Positions 1-9,763 of a stretch of DNA of 64,000 nucleotides are shown in pieces. The translations under genes were made by a program, and so were the position numbers. The stretch lies in IMG/VR virus record IMGVR_UViG_3300026286_000004; one strand, given 5' to 3'. Numbering within the stretch: the first letter of the stretch is position 1; every line of letters starts with the position of its first letter. The notes beneath the pieces are model-generated. The model was not told where the DNA came from. It saw nothing but the letters and a program-made list of their open reading frames with translations, and made no database searches. The stretch is from a virus (lineage: Duplodnaviria; Heunggongvirae; Uroviricota; Caudoviricetes).

Positions 1-18
1 ACCCGGGAGCAGGAGGTC

Positions 19-969
19 GTGGTCCCCAAAGATCGTCCGACCGTTTCGCAGCGGGTCAAGAAGCTGGTGTTGTGGACGATCCTGCTGATGTTCCCGTTGC
101 AGACGCTGGTGACGTTCGCCTCGATGCAGGCGACGCAGAAGGCGCAGCAGACCTCCCCGGAGGCCGGCGCGGCGAAGGTCAGCTCTCCGGGACGGTTCGT
201 GGCGACCCGCGCGATCGAGCAGTGGCTGGCAGCGACGCCGGCGCCCATCCCCGGCGGCCGGATCGTGTCCTGGGATGGCGCGACCACCCGGCAGGCCCCG
301 CTGGACGCGAACGGGAACCCGACGGCGGACTGGCTGTCCTCGACGGAGAACTTCACGATCGCCGACGCGTCCGGAAACCAGTTCACCACGGCGGTGCAGG
401 TGGCGCTGGATCCGCGCGGCGGCGCGAAGACGATCTCCGGGCCGTCGCTGCTCCCGGTGGCGACCGCCGCGTCCGATGAGTGGGTGTCGAACACCGACCC
501 GTGGCCCGGCCTTGACTCGTCCGTCGCGTCCGATCCGGTGAACGCCGCGATCGGGTCGTGGGCCGCGGCGTTCACCGGTGGTGATGCGGATGCACTTCGG
601 CTCGCCGTCGGCGACCCGAACCCGACGCACGGGTACGTCCCGCTGTCCGGCATGCAGCTCGACGGGGCAACGATCGACCGGGCCGCGAAGCTCGCGGATC
701 CGTCCCGGCTGTTGGTCCGGGCGGTGCTGACGTTCGCCGACCGGCAGGCCGACCCGACCTCCAGCATCAAGCCGGAAGTGTCGACCGTCATCTACGACGT
801 CCTGCTGGCGCGGGCCGACACCGCGGCCCCTGCCGTGGTCGCGTGGGGTCCGCCCGGTTCCGGGCCGTCCTTGGTTCCGTTCATGAACGCCGTGACCGCC
901 GTCGCGCGCGAGCCGCTGGTCACGCCGTCCCCGTCCTCCTCATCCCCGACCAGCGAAGGAAGCAAGTAG
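19..969 (+). CDS. hypothetical membrane protein with an N-terminal TM helix; possibly a VirB8/TcpC-like conjugation partner of the downstream ATPase
   Basis: GGAGG RBS at 11-15 followed by a GTG start. N-terminal hydrophobic helix LVLWTILLMFPLQTLVTFA. The stop overlaps the start of the 970 gene (TAGATG). No recognisable motif, so the function is inferred from context only. Confidence 0.5.
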   Translation: MVPKDRPTVSQRVKKLVLWTILLMFPLQTLVTFASMQATQKAQQTSPEAGAAKVSSPGRFVATRAIEQWLAATPAPIPGGRIVSWDGATTRQAPLDANGNPTADWLSSTENFTIADASGNQFTTAVQVALDPRGGAKTISGPSLLPVATAASDEWVSNTDPWPGLDSSVASDPVNAAIGSWAAAFTGGDADALRLAVGDPNPTHGYVPLSGMQLDGATIDRAAKLADPSRLLVRAVLTFADRQADPTSSIKPEVSTVIYDVLLARADTAAPAVVAWGPPGSGPSLVPFMNAVTAVAREPLVTPSPSSSSPTSEGSK

Positions 970-3900
970 ATGGCACGCGGCGGTATCAAGGACGTCCACT
1001 TCGACGTCACTCACCGGTGGGCGACGTCGATGGGGCGCGTCCACGACGGCGGGATCGTGCAGTCCTCTGACGGCGGTTCGACCTGGCTTTTTCGGTCCGT
1101 CCCGATGGGCCCGGTCGTTGATGCCCGGTCGCCGGCGGAATCCCTTCAGCCCGGCAGTCCGTTGATGCTCGCGTTCGACGAGCTGGCCGAACTCGCACCC
1201 CCGGCCCAGTTGAACCGGCGCCGGCTGGCGAAGTCCGGTTACCGCCGGATCCACTTGCTGCGGTTGCGGGTGCCGGCGAAGTATGTGCCGCCGGCGGAGT
1301 CGCAGCTGCGTGAGCACCTGTCGTCGACCTTCCACGACACGATGACGACCGCCTCCGTGCTGCTGATCGGGATCCAGTTGAAGGCGTCGGTGCGCCGGAC
1401 CGGCTGGCGCGACACGGCGGACGGGATCATTGCGTCCCTGACCGAGGGTGTCACTCCGGTCGGTGACTTCATGCGCGACGCCCGGCTGGTCGGCGACGCG
1501 ATGACGCGGTGCGGGCTGCAGGTGCCGACGGCGCAGCAGATGCAGCTGGCGAACTCGTGGTGGGCGGACTACGGCCAGCCGGACCCGCCGTACCTGATGC
1601 ACGCTGACCATCTGCACTCGTTCTCCTCGATGGAGGCGTTGCGGGCCGCCGCGAAGATCGGGCCGGACCGGTGCACCGACTGGGACAACATGCCCGGAAC
1701 GCACGCCCTCAGTTTCGCGACCGTTGCGGCGACGAACCTGTCGTACGTCCAAGCGGATAGCCCGTCCTCGCACTGGATGTCGGCGCTGCTGATGTCGGGT
1801 GCGCAGGCGATCTCGGTCCGCGGGCTGATCGAACCGCCGAAGGTGACCCGCGAGGAACTGCGGCGGATGCGCAAGGGCTACCAGGACGACATCCGGGAGC
1901 GCCTGAACGAGGGGAAGATGGAGCGCACCGAGCAGCTCGAGCTGGAACAGTCGCTGCAGGATGCGGAAGCCTTCTACGCCCAGGGCGGGACACCGACGCT
2001 GACGGACACCTCCGTCCTGGTCGCCTTTTCCGGCCGGCACCCGATCCACGGGTACGACCCGGTCCCGGTCGGGCAGCGTGCCGGGGTGACGCTCTACCCG
2101 ATGGTCAACCGGCAGCAAGAGGCATGGTCGGAGATGATGCCGTGCTCGAAGACGATGTCGAACCCGTATCTGCTGGACCTGCCGGCGCAGACGATCTCCT
2201 TCTCCGGCCTGCCGTCACTGTCGGTGGTCGGTGACAAGTCGGGAGCGCAGCCGGGATTCACCGAGACGGACAACCAGCCGGTCTTCATCGACCACATGGC
2301 GTCCGTCGACGAGGACACCCTCCCGATCGCGGTGATCGTGGGGCAGTCCGGGTCCGGTAAGGCGATGACGATTGACACGCGACTGCGGACGCCGTCCGGG
2401 TGGACGACGTTCGGCCTGGTCGATGTCGGCGACAAGGTCATCGGCTCGAACGGGCTGCCGTGCACGGTGCTGAACGTGACGACTCCGCAGGTCCGCGACG
2501 ACCTGCTCGAGGTCACCCTGAACGACGGCCAGTCGATGCGGGTCGACGGACAGCACCAGTTCGTCGCACGATTCCGCGGCTGGCCTGCCCGCGGGCTGCC
2601 GGAGCGGCTGGATGCGGCCAGCGGCCAGCTGGTCGAACTGGCCGAGTCGACCATCGACAAGGAGGTCGTGACCGCGCCGGCGCTGGCCCGGGAGTTGGCC
2701 GGCACGGGCGCAGGCGAGTTCTTCCCCTCCACGAACGCTGTCGCTGCGGCGCTGGCGATGATGGATGTCCGGCCGGGCACGCTCGGCCGGTACCGCAGAG
2801 CGGTCGCTCTGGCCGCCCTGGCAGCCCGGCTGAAGCAGCGTGCCAGCCATCCGGATGTCGCCGACGGCTGGATGGTCGTTTCGACGGCGGAGATGATCTC
2901 CACCGGTTCGGCGCAGCACTGGTCGCTGCCGTTGCCGGCCCCGGTCGCCGGCTCCGGGGAGAGCCTGGTTACCGATGCCCTTGCTGGGTGGCGCCCGTCG
3001 AAGGCGCTGCCGGAGCGGGTGATTTTCGCGCCAGTGGAGCAGCGCCGGGAACTGCTTCTGGACCTGATCCGCGGCCATGGGTCGATGCCGGGGGATTGCG
3101 AGTTCGCCGTGGCGGAGATGGCCGGCCTGTCCCCGGAAGGGGTCGAGTCGGTGCTGACGCTGGCCCGGTCGCTCGGGGTCTTCTCTGTCGAGGTCCCGTG
3201 GGGCGGTGGGGTCCGCCTCGCGATGACCGCGGACGGCTTCCCGGCCGTGTCATGCGTCGGGATCGAGACGATCGACGCGACCGGTGCGGACATCGTGTGC
3301 TGCATCGAGGTCGACTCGCCCGATTCGACGTTCCTGGTGGACGATCACGTGGTTACGCACAACACGCAGACGGCGCTCTTCTTGGCCGATCAGTACGCCC
3401 GGATGCGCACCAGCAGGGGCCAGCGCATCCCGATCGTGTTCGTCGACCCGAAGCTGGAGTCCAATCACTCCCGCACGGTCGCCCGGTCCGGCGGGACGGT
3501 CTTCTCGCTGGACCGGCTGATCACCTCCGACGGAGTGTTCGACCCGATCCGGTTCGCCAAGACGGCCGAGTCCGGGGCGTCCATGGCGGCCAGCATCATC
3601 CTCGAGGTCAACCCGTTCGGGTCGAAGATCGAGGACTACGAGACCGAGCTGATCCACTCGCTGAACTTCGGCGCCTCCAACGGGGCCCGGTGCACGATGG
3701 AAGCCCTGGCGATGGCTGAGACGGCCGGTCACGCATCCCGGGCGATGGTCGACCGGATCGAGAAGCTCGTTGCCGCGTCGACGTATTTCCGGGCGATGTG
3801 CGGCTCGGACCCGGAGGGTACCCCGCTGCAGGCGTCCGAGGGCATCACGTACATCATGCTCGGCTCGGCGCAGCTGAACTTGCCGGACCCGGACGCGAAG

Positions 3901-4491
3901 CACAAGGCCGACATCGGCCAGCGGACCGCGCTCGTGCTCGTCAAGGCGATGGTGTACGGCTCGATGATGGCGCTGGCCGGCCGGGAGGGCATCGTCATCC
4001 TGGACGAGGGCTGGATCTTCCTCGAGGCCGGCAAGTCCGAGGTCGTCCGTGCCGGGCGTCTGGCCCGGTCCTGGCAGGTGTGGCTGCTGCTGCTGACGCA
4101 GCGCGTCAAGGAGGTCGTGGACGCCGAGATCCAGCACTTCATCTCCCGCGGCGGGATCCTGCCGATGGAGGTGCAGTCGGAGGCGATCGCGGCGTGCCGG
4201 TTGTTCGGCCTGGAACCGACGGCGCAGCGACTGGAACGGATCACCGGGAAGGCGTCCCGCGCCGAGGGCGCATCGAACGCGCCGAACTGGAATTCGATGC
4301 GCGCGCTGCGTGACGACGACGGGAATGTGCTGCGTGGCTCGATCATGCTGTACTGCGACCAGAAGGGGCGCGCTGTCCCGGTCGAGGTGAAGATCCCACC
4401 GGCGTTCCTCGGGATCAGCTCGACGAGCCGGAAGGACATGCTCCGACGGGACAAGGCGTCCGCAGCAGTTCAGGATTCGTCCGCCGGTTAG
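970..4491 (+). CDS. VirB4/TrbE/TraC-family (conjugative T4SS-type) P-loop ATPase-like protein, interrupted by an intein
   Basis: 1173-aa ORF. Walker A GQSGSGK|T is split by an insertion at about residue 464. Walker B VILDEGW, then an LLLLTQ motif and an Arg-rich C-terminal domain. A ~460-aa N-terminal domain precedes the P-loop, as in VirB4-like ATPases. Confidence 0.6.
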   Translation: MARGGIKDVHFDVTHRWATSMGRVHDGGIVQSSDGGSTWLFRSVPMGPVVDARSPAESLQPGSPLMLAFDELAELAPPAQLNRRRLAKSGYRRIHLLRLRVPAKYVPPAESQLREHLSSTFHDTMTTASVLLIGIQLKASVRRTGWRDTADGIIASLTEGVTPVGDFMRDARLVGDAMTRCGLQVPTAQQMQLANSWWADYGQPDPPYLMHADHLHSFSSMEALRAAAKIGPDRCTDWDNMPGTHALSFATVAATNLSYVQADSPSSHWMSALLMSGAQAISVRGLIEPPKVTREELRRMRKGYQDDIRERLNEGKMERTEQLELEQSLQDAEAFYAQGGTPTLTDTSVLVAFSGRHPIHGYDPVPVGQRAGVTLYPMVNRQQEAWSEMMPCSKTMSNPYLLDLPAQTISFSGLPSLSVVGDKSGAQPGFTETDNQPVFIDHMASVDEDTLPIAVIVGQSGSGKAMTIDTRLRTPSGWTTFGLVDVGDKVIGSNGLPCTVLNVTTPQVRDDLLEVTLNDGQSMRVDGQHQFVARFRGWPARGLPERLDAASGQLVELAESTIDKEVVTAPALARELAGTGAGEFFPSTNAVAAALAMMDVRPGTLGRYRRAVALAALAARLKQRASHPDVADGWMVVSTAEMISTGSAQHWSLPLPAPVAGSGESLVTDALAGWRPSKALPERVIFAPVEQRRELLLDLIRGHGSMPGDCEFAVAEMAGLSPEGVESVLTLARSLGVFSVEVPWGGGVRLAMTADGFPAVSCVGIETIDATGADIVCCIEVDSPDSTFLVDDHVVTHNTQTALFLADQYARMRTSRGQRIPIVFVDPKLESNHSRTVARSGGTVFSLDRLITSDGVFDPIRFAKTAESGASMAASIILEVNPFGSKIEDYETELIHSLNFGASNGARCTMEALAMAETAGHASRAMVDRIEKLVAASTYFRAMCGSDPEGTPLQASEGITYIMLGSAQLNLPDPDAKHKADIGQRTALVLVKAMVYGSMMALAGREGIVILDEGWIFLEAGKSEVVRAGRLARSWQVWLLLLTQRVKEVVDAEIQHFISRGGILPMEVQSEAIAACRLFGLEPTAQRLERITGKASRAEGASNAPNWNSMRALRDDDGNVLRGSIMLYCDQKGRAVPVEVKIPPAFLGISSTSRKDMLRRDKASAAVQDSSAG
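2362..3363 (+). other. intein (334 aa) inserted between K and T of Walker A; class-3-like (Ala1, Cys in block F, Thr before the terminal HN); possible degenerate LAGLIDADG segment
   Basis: Block A is AMTIDTRLRTPSGW..VGDKV, block B is DGQHQF, block F is IVCCIEVD..STFLV and block G is DDHVVTHN followed by the +1 Thr. Excision restores GQSGSGKTQTALFL. The internal RRELLLDLIRGHGSM segment looks LAGLIDADG-like. Confidence 0.6.
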
Positions 4492-4526
4492 CGTGTTCAC
4501 CTCGTGCTCCCGCACTCATGTATGTC

Positions 4527-5657
4527 ATGAGTCTTGATCGCGTCATTCCCGCACGCCTTCCCGCAGCCCAGATCGACAACGAAGCCACCGCCATTGCCAG
4601 GGCGCACCAGAGCGGTGAGGTGGACTACGCCACGGCGATGACGTGGCTGAGCCGGCTCATCGTCCTGTCGACGATCCCGCACGAGGAGATGGTCACCCGC
4701 TTGCGCAGCGGGGCGTTGCGCAGGGAGGATGCCGTCACGGCTGAAGACCAGCTCCGGGACATGTTGTGCGACAAGCTCGATCCGACTCCGGGCGATACTC
4801 GGGTGAGGGCGGAGGTCGACTTCAAACTGCTGGCCGGCGGGTCGAGCTTTTCGGCGTGGATGCGCAGCTTCAGCGGCGCGCTGCTGGACCGCACGATCAT
4901 CCGTGGCGTGGGACGGTATCGCACCAAGAACATGCTGTCGCTGACAGGTTCGCTGGCGGATGCCGCCGGGTCGGACTATGTCACGGACGAGGACGCGGAG
5001 CGCGCCGACGACGAGTTGCATGTTCTCCACCGTCAACTGCGGGGCGCGAGCGAGGGGGCCAGCGTTATCGCGCGGTCGACGTCGTTGCTGCGGTACCGCC
5101 AGCTGCCGGAGCCGCGCCGCCCGGTTACGGAAGACGGCCGCCGGCAGGTGCGCGAGGCGATCAAGGCGGGCACGCTGGCGCAGTATCTGCGGTCCGGCCA
5201 CACCGGTCCGGTGCAGGATCTCTTTGCGGACTTCACGGCGGAGCAGGTTGGTGATCTGGACGCGTTGTCACTAGAACTGCTCGCAGAGTTGGCTATCACG
5301 CCGCTGCCGGCGATCTCTCGCACGGTCCAGCGGGAACTGGTCGCCTGGGCTGCTGCTCAGGTCCCGCGTGAGCACGCCGCGGCGGCTCGGGCCGTCACGG
5401 ATGCGTGGCTGACGCAGCGCACCGAGATCACGGGCGGCCGGGAAGGCCCGGTCGAGGTGAAGTCCGATCAGCAGCGGCTGCAGGAGCGCTCCGACTTCTG
5501 GACGGCGGCATCGGTGTTGCTGGATTCCTTCTGCTACGAGCTGGGGGAGACCATCGACGAGATCTCGACGGCCTTGCGGGAGCGGTACTTCACCATCGAG
5601 CGAGAGCGCTTCTTGAGCGCCCCGGAGGCGGCTCCGAGGAGTCAGACGACGGCCTGA
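4527..5657 (+). CDS. hypothetical protein
   Basis: Clean ORF with protein-like composition. A class-1 start motif (GCGTGTT-N18-TCATG-N6-ATG) precedes ATG 4527, and its first element overlaps the TAG stop of the upstream gene. Confidence 0.5.
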   Translation: MSLDRVIPARLPAAQIDNEATAIARAHQSGEVDYATAMTWLSRLIVLSTIPHEEMVTRLRSGALRREDAVTAEDQLRDMLCDKLDPTPGDTRVRAEVDFKLLAGGSSFSAWMRSFSGALLDRTIIRGVGRYRTKNMLSLTGSLADAAGSDYVTDEDAERADDELHVLHRQLRGASEGASVIARSTSLLRYRQLPEPRRPVTEDGRRQVREAIKAGTLAQYLRSGHTGPVQDLFADFTAEQVGDLDALSLELLAELAITPLPAISRTVQRELVAWAAAQVPREHAAAARAVTDAWLTQRTEITGGREGPVEVKSDQQRLQERSDFWTAASVLLDSFCYELGETIDEISTALRERYFTIERERFLSAPEAAPRSQTTA

Positions 5658-5778
5658 TCCACCCGGCCGCCGGGAACGCGCCTGTCTGCGGCAAAGAGGC
5701 GGTGGAGATGTCTCGATGAGCCCCGCGCATATCTACATCACCACTGTTCCCGCACTTCGATGTTAGGACCGACCTCTC

Positions 5779-8700
5779 ATGGCAGCATCCGCCTCCCCGG
5801 CGACCCCCGGATTGACGATCAAGCGCATCCACACCACCGCGGGTGTTCACCCGTACGACGAGGTCGACTGGGAGGGCCGGGACGTCATCCAGACGAACCG
5901 GCGCACCGGCGAGACGATCTTCGACCAGCGTGGCGTGGAGTTCCCGACGTTCTGGTCGGAGAACTCATCGACGATCGCGGTCACGAAGTATTTCCGCGGC
6001 AAGCACGGCACCCCCGAGCGGGAGCACAGCCTCCGGCAGCTGATCGACCGGGTTGTGCTCACGTACGGCAAGGCGGGCCGCGAGCACGGCTACTTCGCCA
6101 CCGAGGATGACGCTGTCATCTTCGAGCACGAGCTGACGTACGCACTGCTGCACCAGATGTTCTCGTTCAACAGTCCGGTCTGGTTCAACGTCGGCACGAA
6201 GGCGAAGCAGGCCGTCTCGGCTTGCTTCATCCTGTCGGTCGCCGACTCGATGGAGTCGATCCTGAACTGGTACACCGAAGAGGGCATGATCTTCAAGGGC
6301 GGCTCGGGCGCCGGGGTGAACCTGTCCGCCATTCGCTCCTCCAAGGAGTTGCTCTCCTCCGGTGGCACGGCGTCCGGCCCGGTCTCGTTCATGCGTGGTG
6401 CGGACGCCTCCGCTGGCGGAATCAAGTCCGGTGGCGCGACCCGTCGTGCCGCCAAGATGGTCGTCCTCGACGTCGACCACCCCGACATCGTCGAGTTTGT
6501 CGAGACCAAGGCCCGCGAAGAGGACAAGATCCGCGCCCTGCGTGACGCCGGCTTCGACATGGACCTCGGCGGCAAGGACATCAACTCCGTCCAGTTCCAG
6601 AACGCCAACAACTCGGTCCGGGTCACGGACGAGTTCATGCGAGCCGTCGAGGCCGGGTCCGGCTTCGACTTGATCGCCCGCACCACCGGCGAGGTCGTCA
6701 AGTCCGTCGACGCCCGCGACCTGTGGCACCGGATCGCGAAGGCCGCGTGGGAGTGCGCCGACCCGGGCGTCCAGTACGACGGCACGATCCAGGACTGGCA
6801 CACCAACCCGGTCACCGGCCGGATCACCGCGTCCAACCCGTGTTGCTTCGTCGGGGACACCCTGGTGATGACCGGCGACGGGGATTACCGCACGATCCGC
6901 GGGATCACCGAGGATGTGGCCGCCGGGATCGACGTCGACGTCATGTCGTGGGATGCCGCCGAACGCTGCTTCACGATCAACCAGGTCAAGAAGGGCTGGG
7001 TCGCCGGCCGGACGAACAAGCTGGTCCGGCTGCGCACCTCCGCCGGGGCGGCAACCGTTTCGACGCCGGAGCACAAGCACATGCTCGTTGACGGCACCTG
7101 GGTGGAGGCGCAGGACCTGCTCTCCGGGATGCAGCTGCGGGCGCATGCCGACGAGATCGTCACGGTTGTCTCGGCGACGCTGTCCACGGACGGGCCTGAG
7201 GTCGACGTGTACGACCTCGAGGTCGAAGACACCCACACCTTCCTCGTCGGTGAACTGGGCCGCGACCCGGTCGTCGTGAGCAACAGCGAGTACATGTCCA
7301 TCGACAACAGCTCGTGCAACCTCGCGTCGATCAACCTGCTGAAGTTCCTGCGCGACGACGACACGTTCGATGCGCAGCGGTTCGCCGACCTGTGCGAGCT
7401 GGTCATCACCGCGATGGACATCTCGATCTGTTTCGCGGAGTTCCCGACGAAGGCGATCACGAAGAACACCCGCGACTATCGTCAGCTCGGCATCGGGTAC
7501 GCGAACCTCGGCGCGCTGCTGATGGCGACCGGGCACCCGTACGACTCCGACTCGGGCCGTCAGGTTGCGGCCAGCATCACGTCGCTGATGTCGGCTGCCT
7601 CGTACCGCCGGTCCGCGGAGCTGGCCGGCGTGTTCGGACCGTACGCCGGGTATAAGAAGAACACCGGCGCGCACCTGCGGGTCATCGGCAAGCATCACGC
7701 GGCGAACATCGACCTTCGGGTGACGGACGCCTTCGCCGCCCCGATCCACGACCTCGCGGGAGCCGAATGGGAGGCTGCGGAGCGTCTCGGCGTCCGTCAG
7801 GGCTTCCGGAACGCGCAGATTTCACTACTCGCGCCCACTGGCACGATCAGCTTCTTGATGAACTGCGACACGACCGGTATCGAGCCGGACTTCTCCCTGG
7901 TGAAGTTCAAGAAGCTCGTCGGCGGCGGGTCGATGAAGTTCGCGAACCTGACGATCCCGCGGGCGCTGCGCAAGCTCGGCTACGACGATGACACCGTGTC
8001 CGCGATCGTCGCGCACATCACCGAGCACGGCCACGTCCTGGACGCCCCCGGCTTGAAGACCGAGCACTACGCGATCTTCGACACCGCGATCGGGGCCCGG
8101 TCGATCTCCCCGATGGGCCACGTCAACATGATGGTTGCCTGCCAGCCGTTCCTCAGTGGCGCCATAAGCAAGACGATCAACCTTCCGGAGAGTGCGACCG
8201 TTGAAGATATCGAGGCCGTCTACATGGCCGGCTGGAAGCTGGGCCTGAAGGCTCTGGCGGTGTACCGGGACAACTGCAAGGTTGGTCAGCCGCTGTCCGA
8301 CGGAGCGGTCAAGCCGGTCGCTGTCGCTGACCCTGCGGCGCCCGCTGCAGCCGTCCCGGCGACGATCACGGCACCGGTCCCGGTCCGTGTTCGGCTGCCG
8401 CGCAAGCGGGTCAGTGAGACGACGTCGTTCACGGTCGGTGGGGCTGCCGGGTACTTGACGGCGGGCACCTATCCGGACGGTCGTATCGGGGAGTTGTTCA
8501 TGAAGTTCGGCAAGCAGGGCTCGACCCTGGCCGGCGTCATGGACTCGTTCTCGATCGCGATCTCCATCGCGCTGCAGTACGGGGTGCCGTTGGAGACGTT
8601 GGTGGAGAAGTTCACGAACACCCGGTTCGAGCCGGCCGGCCTGACAGACGACGCGGATATCCGGATAGCGCAGTCGCCGATGGACTACGTCTTCCGCCGG

Positions 8701-9033
8701 CTTGCTCTCGACCACATGGACTTCGAGACCCGGGCGTCGTATGGCATCTACACGGCAGCGGAGCGGGCCCGTCACCTCGAGACCGGGTCGTACGAGCCCG
8801 AGCTGGTCGAGGAGGAGATGGACGGATTGTCCGACGGCATCGGTGAAGACATGGTCCCGGCTCCGAAGCCGGCCCCGGCCGCGCTCCCGGCGCCGGTCCG
8901 CCATGACGCGCTGAACGAGGGCTTGCGCAAGTCCGAGGATGCCCCGCTGTGCTTCACCTGCGGGGTACGCATGGTGAGAGCTGGAAGTTGTTTCTCGTGC
9001 GAATCGTGCGGGGCGACGTCCGGTTGTAGCTAG
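5779..9033 (+). CDS. nrdJ: class II (adenosylcobalamin-dependent) ribonucleotide reductase NrdJ, intein-containing
   Basis: The N-terminal region and the NPC catalytic-cysteine motif are recognised from memory as NrdJ-like. The ORF carries a C-terminal CxxC..CxxC Zn ribbon and is 1084 aa including the intein. Confidence 0.85.
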   Translation: MAASASPATPGLTIKRIHTTAGVHPYDEVDWEGRDVIQTNRRTGETIFDQRGVEFPTFWSENSSTIAVTKYFRGKHGTPEREHSLRQLIDRVVLTYGKAGREHGYFATEDDAVIFEHELTYALLHQMFSFNSPVWFNVGTKAKQAVSACFILSVADSMESILNWYTEEGMIFKGGSGAGVNLSAIRSSKELLSSGGTASGPVSFMRGADASAGGIKSGGATRRAAKMVVLDVDHPDIVEFVETKAREEDKIRALRDAGFDMDLGGKDINSVQFQNANNSVRVTDEFMRAVEAGSGFDLIARTTGEVVKSVDARDLWHRIAKAAWECADPGVQYDGTIQDWHTNPVTGRITASNPCCFVGDTLVMTGDGDYRTIRGITEDVAAGIDVDVMSWDAAERCFTINQVKKGWVAGRTNKLVRLRTSAGAATVSTPEHKHMLVDGTWVEAQDLLSGMQLRAHADEIVTVVSATLSTDGPEVDVYDLEVEDTHTFLVGELGRDPVVVSNSEYMSIDNSSCNLASINLLKFLRDDDTFDAQRFADLCELVITAMDISICFAEFPTKAITKNTRDYRQLGIGYANLGALLMATGHPYDSDSGRQVAASITSLMSAASYRRSAELAGVFGPYAGYKKNTGAHLRVIGKHHAANIDLRVTDAFAAPIHDLAGAEWEAAERLGVRQGFRNAQISLLAPTGTISFLMNCDTTGIEPDFSLVKFKKLVGGGSMKFANLTIPRALRKLGYDDDTVSAIVAHITEHGHVLDAPGLKTEHYAIFDTAIGARSISPMGHVNMMVACQPFLSGAISKTINLPESATVEDIEAVYMAGWKLGLKALAVYRDNCKVGQPLSDGAVKPVAVADPAAPAAAVPATITAPVPVRVRLPRKRVSETTSFTVGGAAGYLTAGTYPDGRIGELFMKFGKQGSTLAGVMDSFSIAISIALQYGVPLETLVEKFTNTRFEPAGLTDDADIRIAQSPMDYVFRRLALDHMDFETRASYGIYTAAERARHLETGSYEPELVEEEMDGLSDGIGEDMVPAPKPAPAALPAPVRHDALNEGLRKSEDAPLCFTCGVRMVRAGSCFSCESCGATSGCS
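6844..7284 (+). other. mini-intein (147 aa, no endonuclease domain) inserted immediately after the catalytic Cys of NPC
   Basis: Sequence context is ASNPC|CFVGDTLVMTGDG...VYDLEVEDTHTFLVGELGRDPVVVSN|SEY. It has Cys1, a C-terminal Asn and a +1 Ser. The penultimate residue is Ser rather than His. Confidence 0.75.
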
Positions 9034-9563
9034 ACAGTTTGACCAGCACGGCAGGTTCGGGATGAACGTTTTCCCGGGCCTGCGGTGCTGTTTCTTGGGT
9101 CGGCTGCCGCATCGCTCTTGGCATGAACCATCGAACGGCAGATGACCCGGTCGGGGCAGTACCCGCTGTGGCTGGTGCCGCCGGACGACCAGTGCCCGAC
9201 GTACCGTCCGTCGGTGAAGCTGACCCTCGCCCGGCGCGTGGACGAGATGGTGCTGGCGACGCGGAACTGCGGCGAGAGGACGGTGCTGATCCTGCCTCCG
9301 GGCGGCTGCCACGCTCTCGGGGCTGCGCTGAGCCGGCTGGTGCGGACACGGTCACCGCTGCCGGTCTCTGCCTCGCTGGGGCGGTGTCACGGTGAAAGGT
9401 TTTCCCGTACGCCCATCAGGCTGCGGTGCCGGCGGTTCTGATCGACGCCCGGATCGCCCGGCTGGGCGGCCTGTTGCGGCGCCGGGTGCAGTTCGGGCTG
9501 ATCGAACTGCGCGATGCCTCGAGCATCTCGAGGAAATTGCTGAGCGCAGCCGGCTGAATCAAA

Positions 9564-9603
9564 CGAACAGGGTGCCGAGGATCTCTCCCCGGCACCCTGT
9601 TCG
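9564..9603. terminator. perfect 14-bp inverted repeat hairpin (cgaacagggtgccg / cggcaccctgttcg) with an 11-nt loop
   Basis: Seen directly in the sequence. It lies downstream of the small minus-strand ORF and shows no U-tract, as is usual in high-GC genomes. Confidence 0.4.
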
Positions 9604-9619
9604 GCGTGTGCTGAATCAG

Positions 9620-9684
9620 CCGTTGCGCCACTCCCAGTGGTCACCCTTGGTCACGGTGTTGCCGTTGCGCCACTCCCAGTGGTC
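9620..9684. repeat. two copies of a 23-bp direct repeat ccgttgcgccactcccagtggtc with a 19-bp spacer
   Basis: Exact copies at 9620-9642 and 9662-9684. Confidence 0.8.
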
Positions 9685-9763
9685 GGCCGCGGACAGACGC
9701 AGATGTCGCGCCGACGAAGACCGCGGTGGCCGCGAGCGTCACTGCTGCAATGCGACGAATCAT
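9641..9763 (-). CDS. possible small signal-peptide ORF (40 aa) preceded by an AGGGAG RBS
   Basis: Translates as MIRRIAAVTLAATAVFVGATSASV.., with RBS agggag 7 nt upstream. A Trp-rich repeat DHWEWRNG is encoded twice in the adjacent -1 frame. Confidence 0.2.
   Translation of the reverse strand: MIRRIAAVTLAATAVFVGATSASVRGRPLGVAQRQHRDQG

Noticed and set aside
940-4515. Large minus-strand and alternate-frame ORFs overlapping the VirB4-like gene (940..2118, 2094..3305, 3250..4515, 2400..3719)
   Set aside because: They have the Arg/Pro/Gly-rich composition typical of shadow ORFs in 70% GC DNA. The plus-strand frame carries the coherent motifs.
5700-5778. Possible NrdR box or B12 riboswitch upstream of nrdJ
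   Set aside because: No 16-bp NrdR-type palindrome and no B12-box-like sequence is recognisable. Only an orphan GGCAAAGAG element and a 3-codon micro-ORF are present.
5965-9312. ORFs antisense to nrdJ (5965..7749 -, 7825..9312 -)
   Set aside because: Shadow ORFs. nrdJ on the plus strand is unambiguous.
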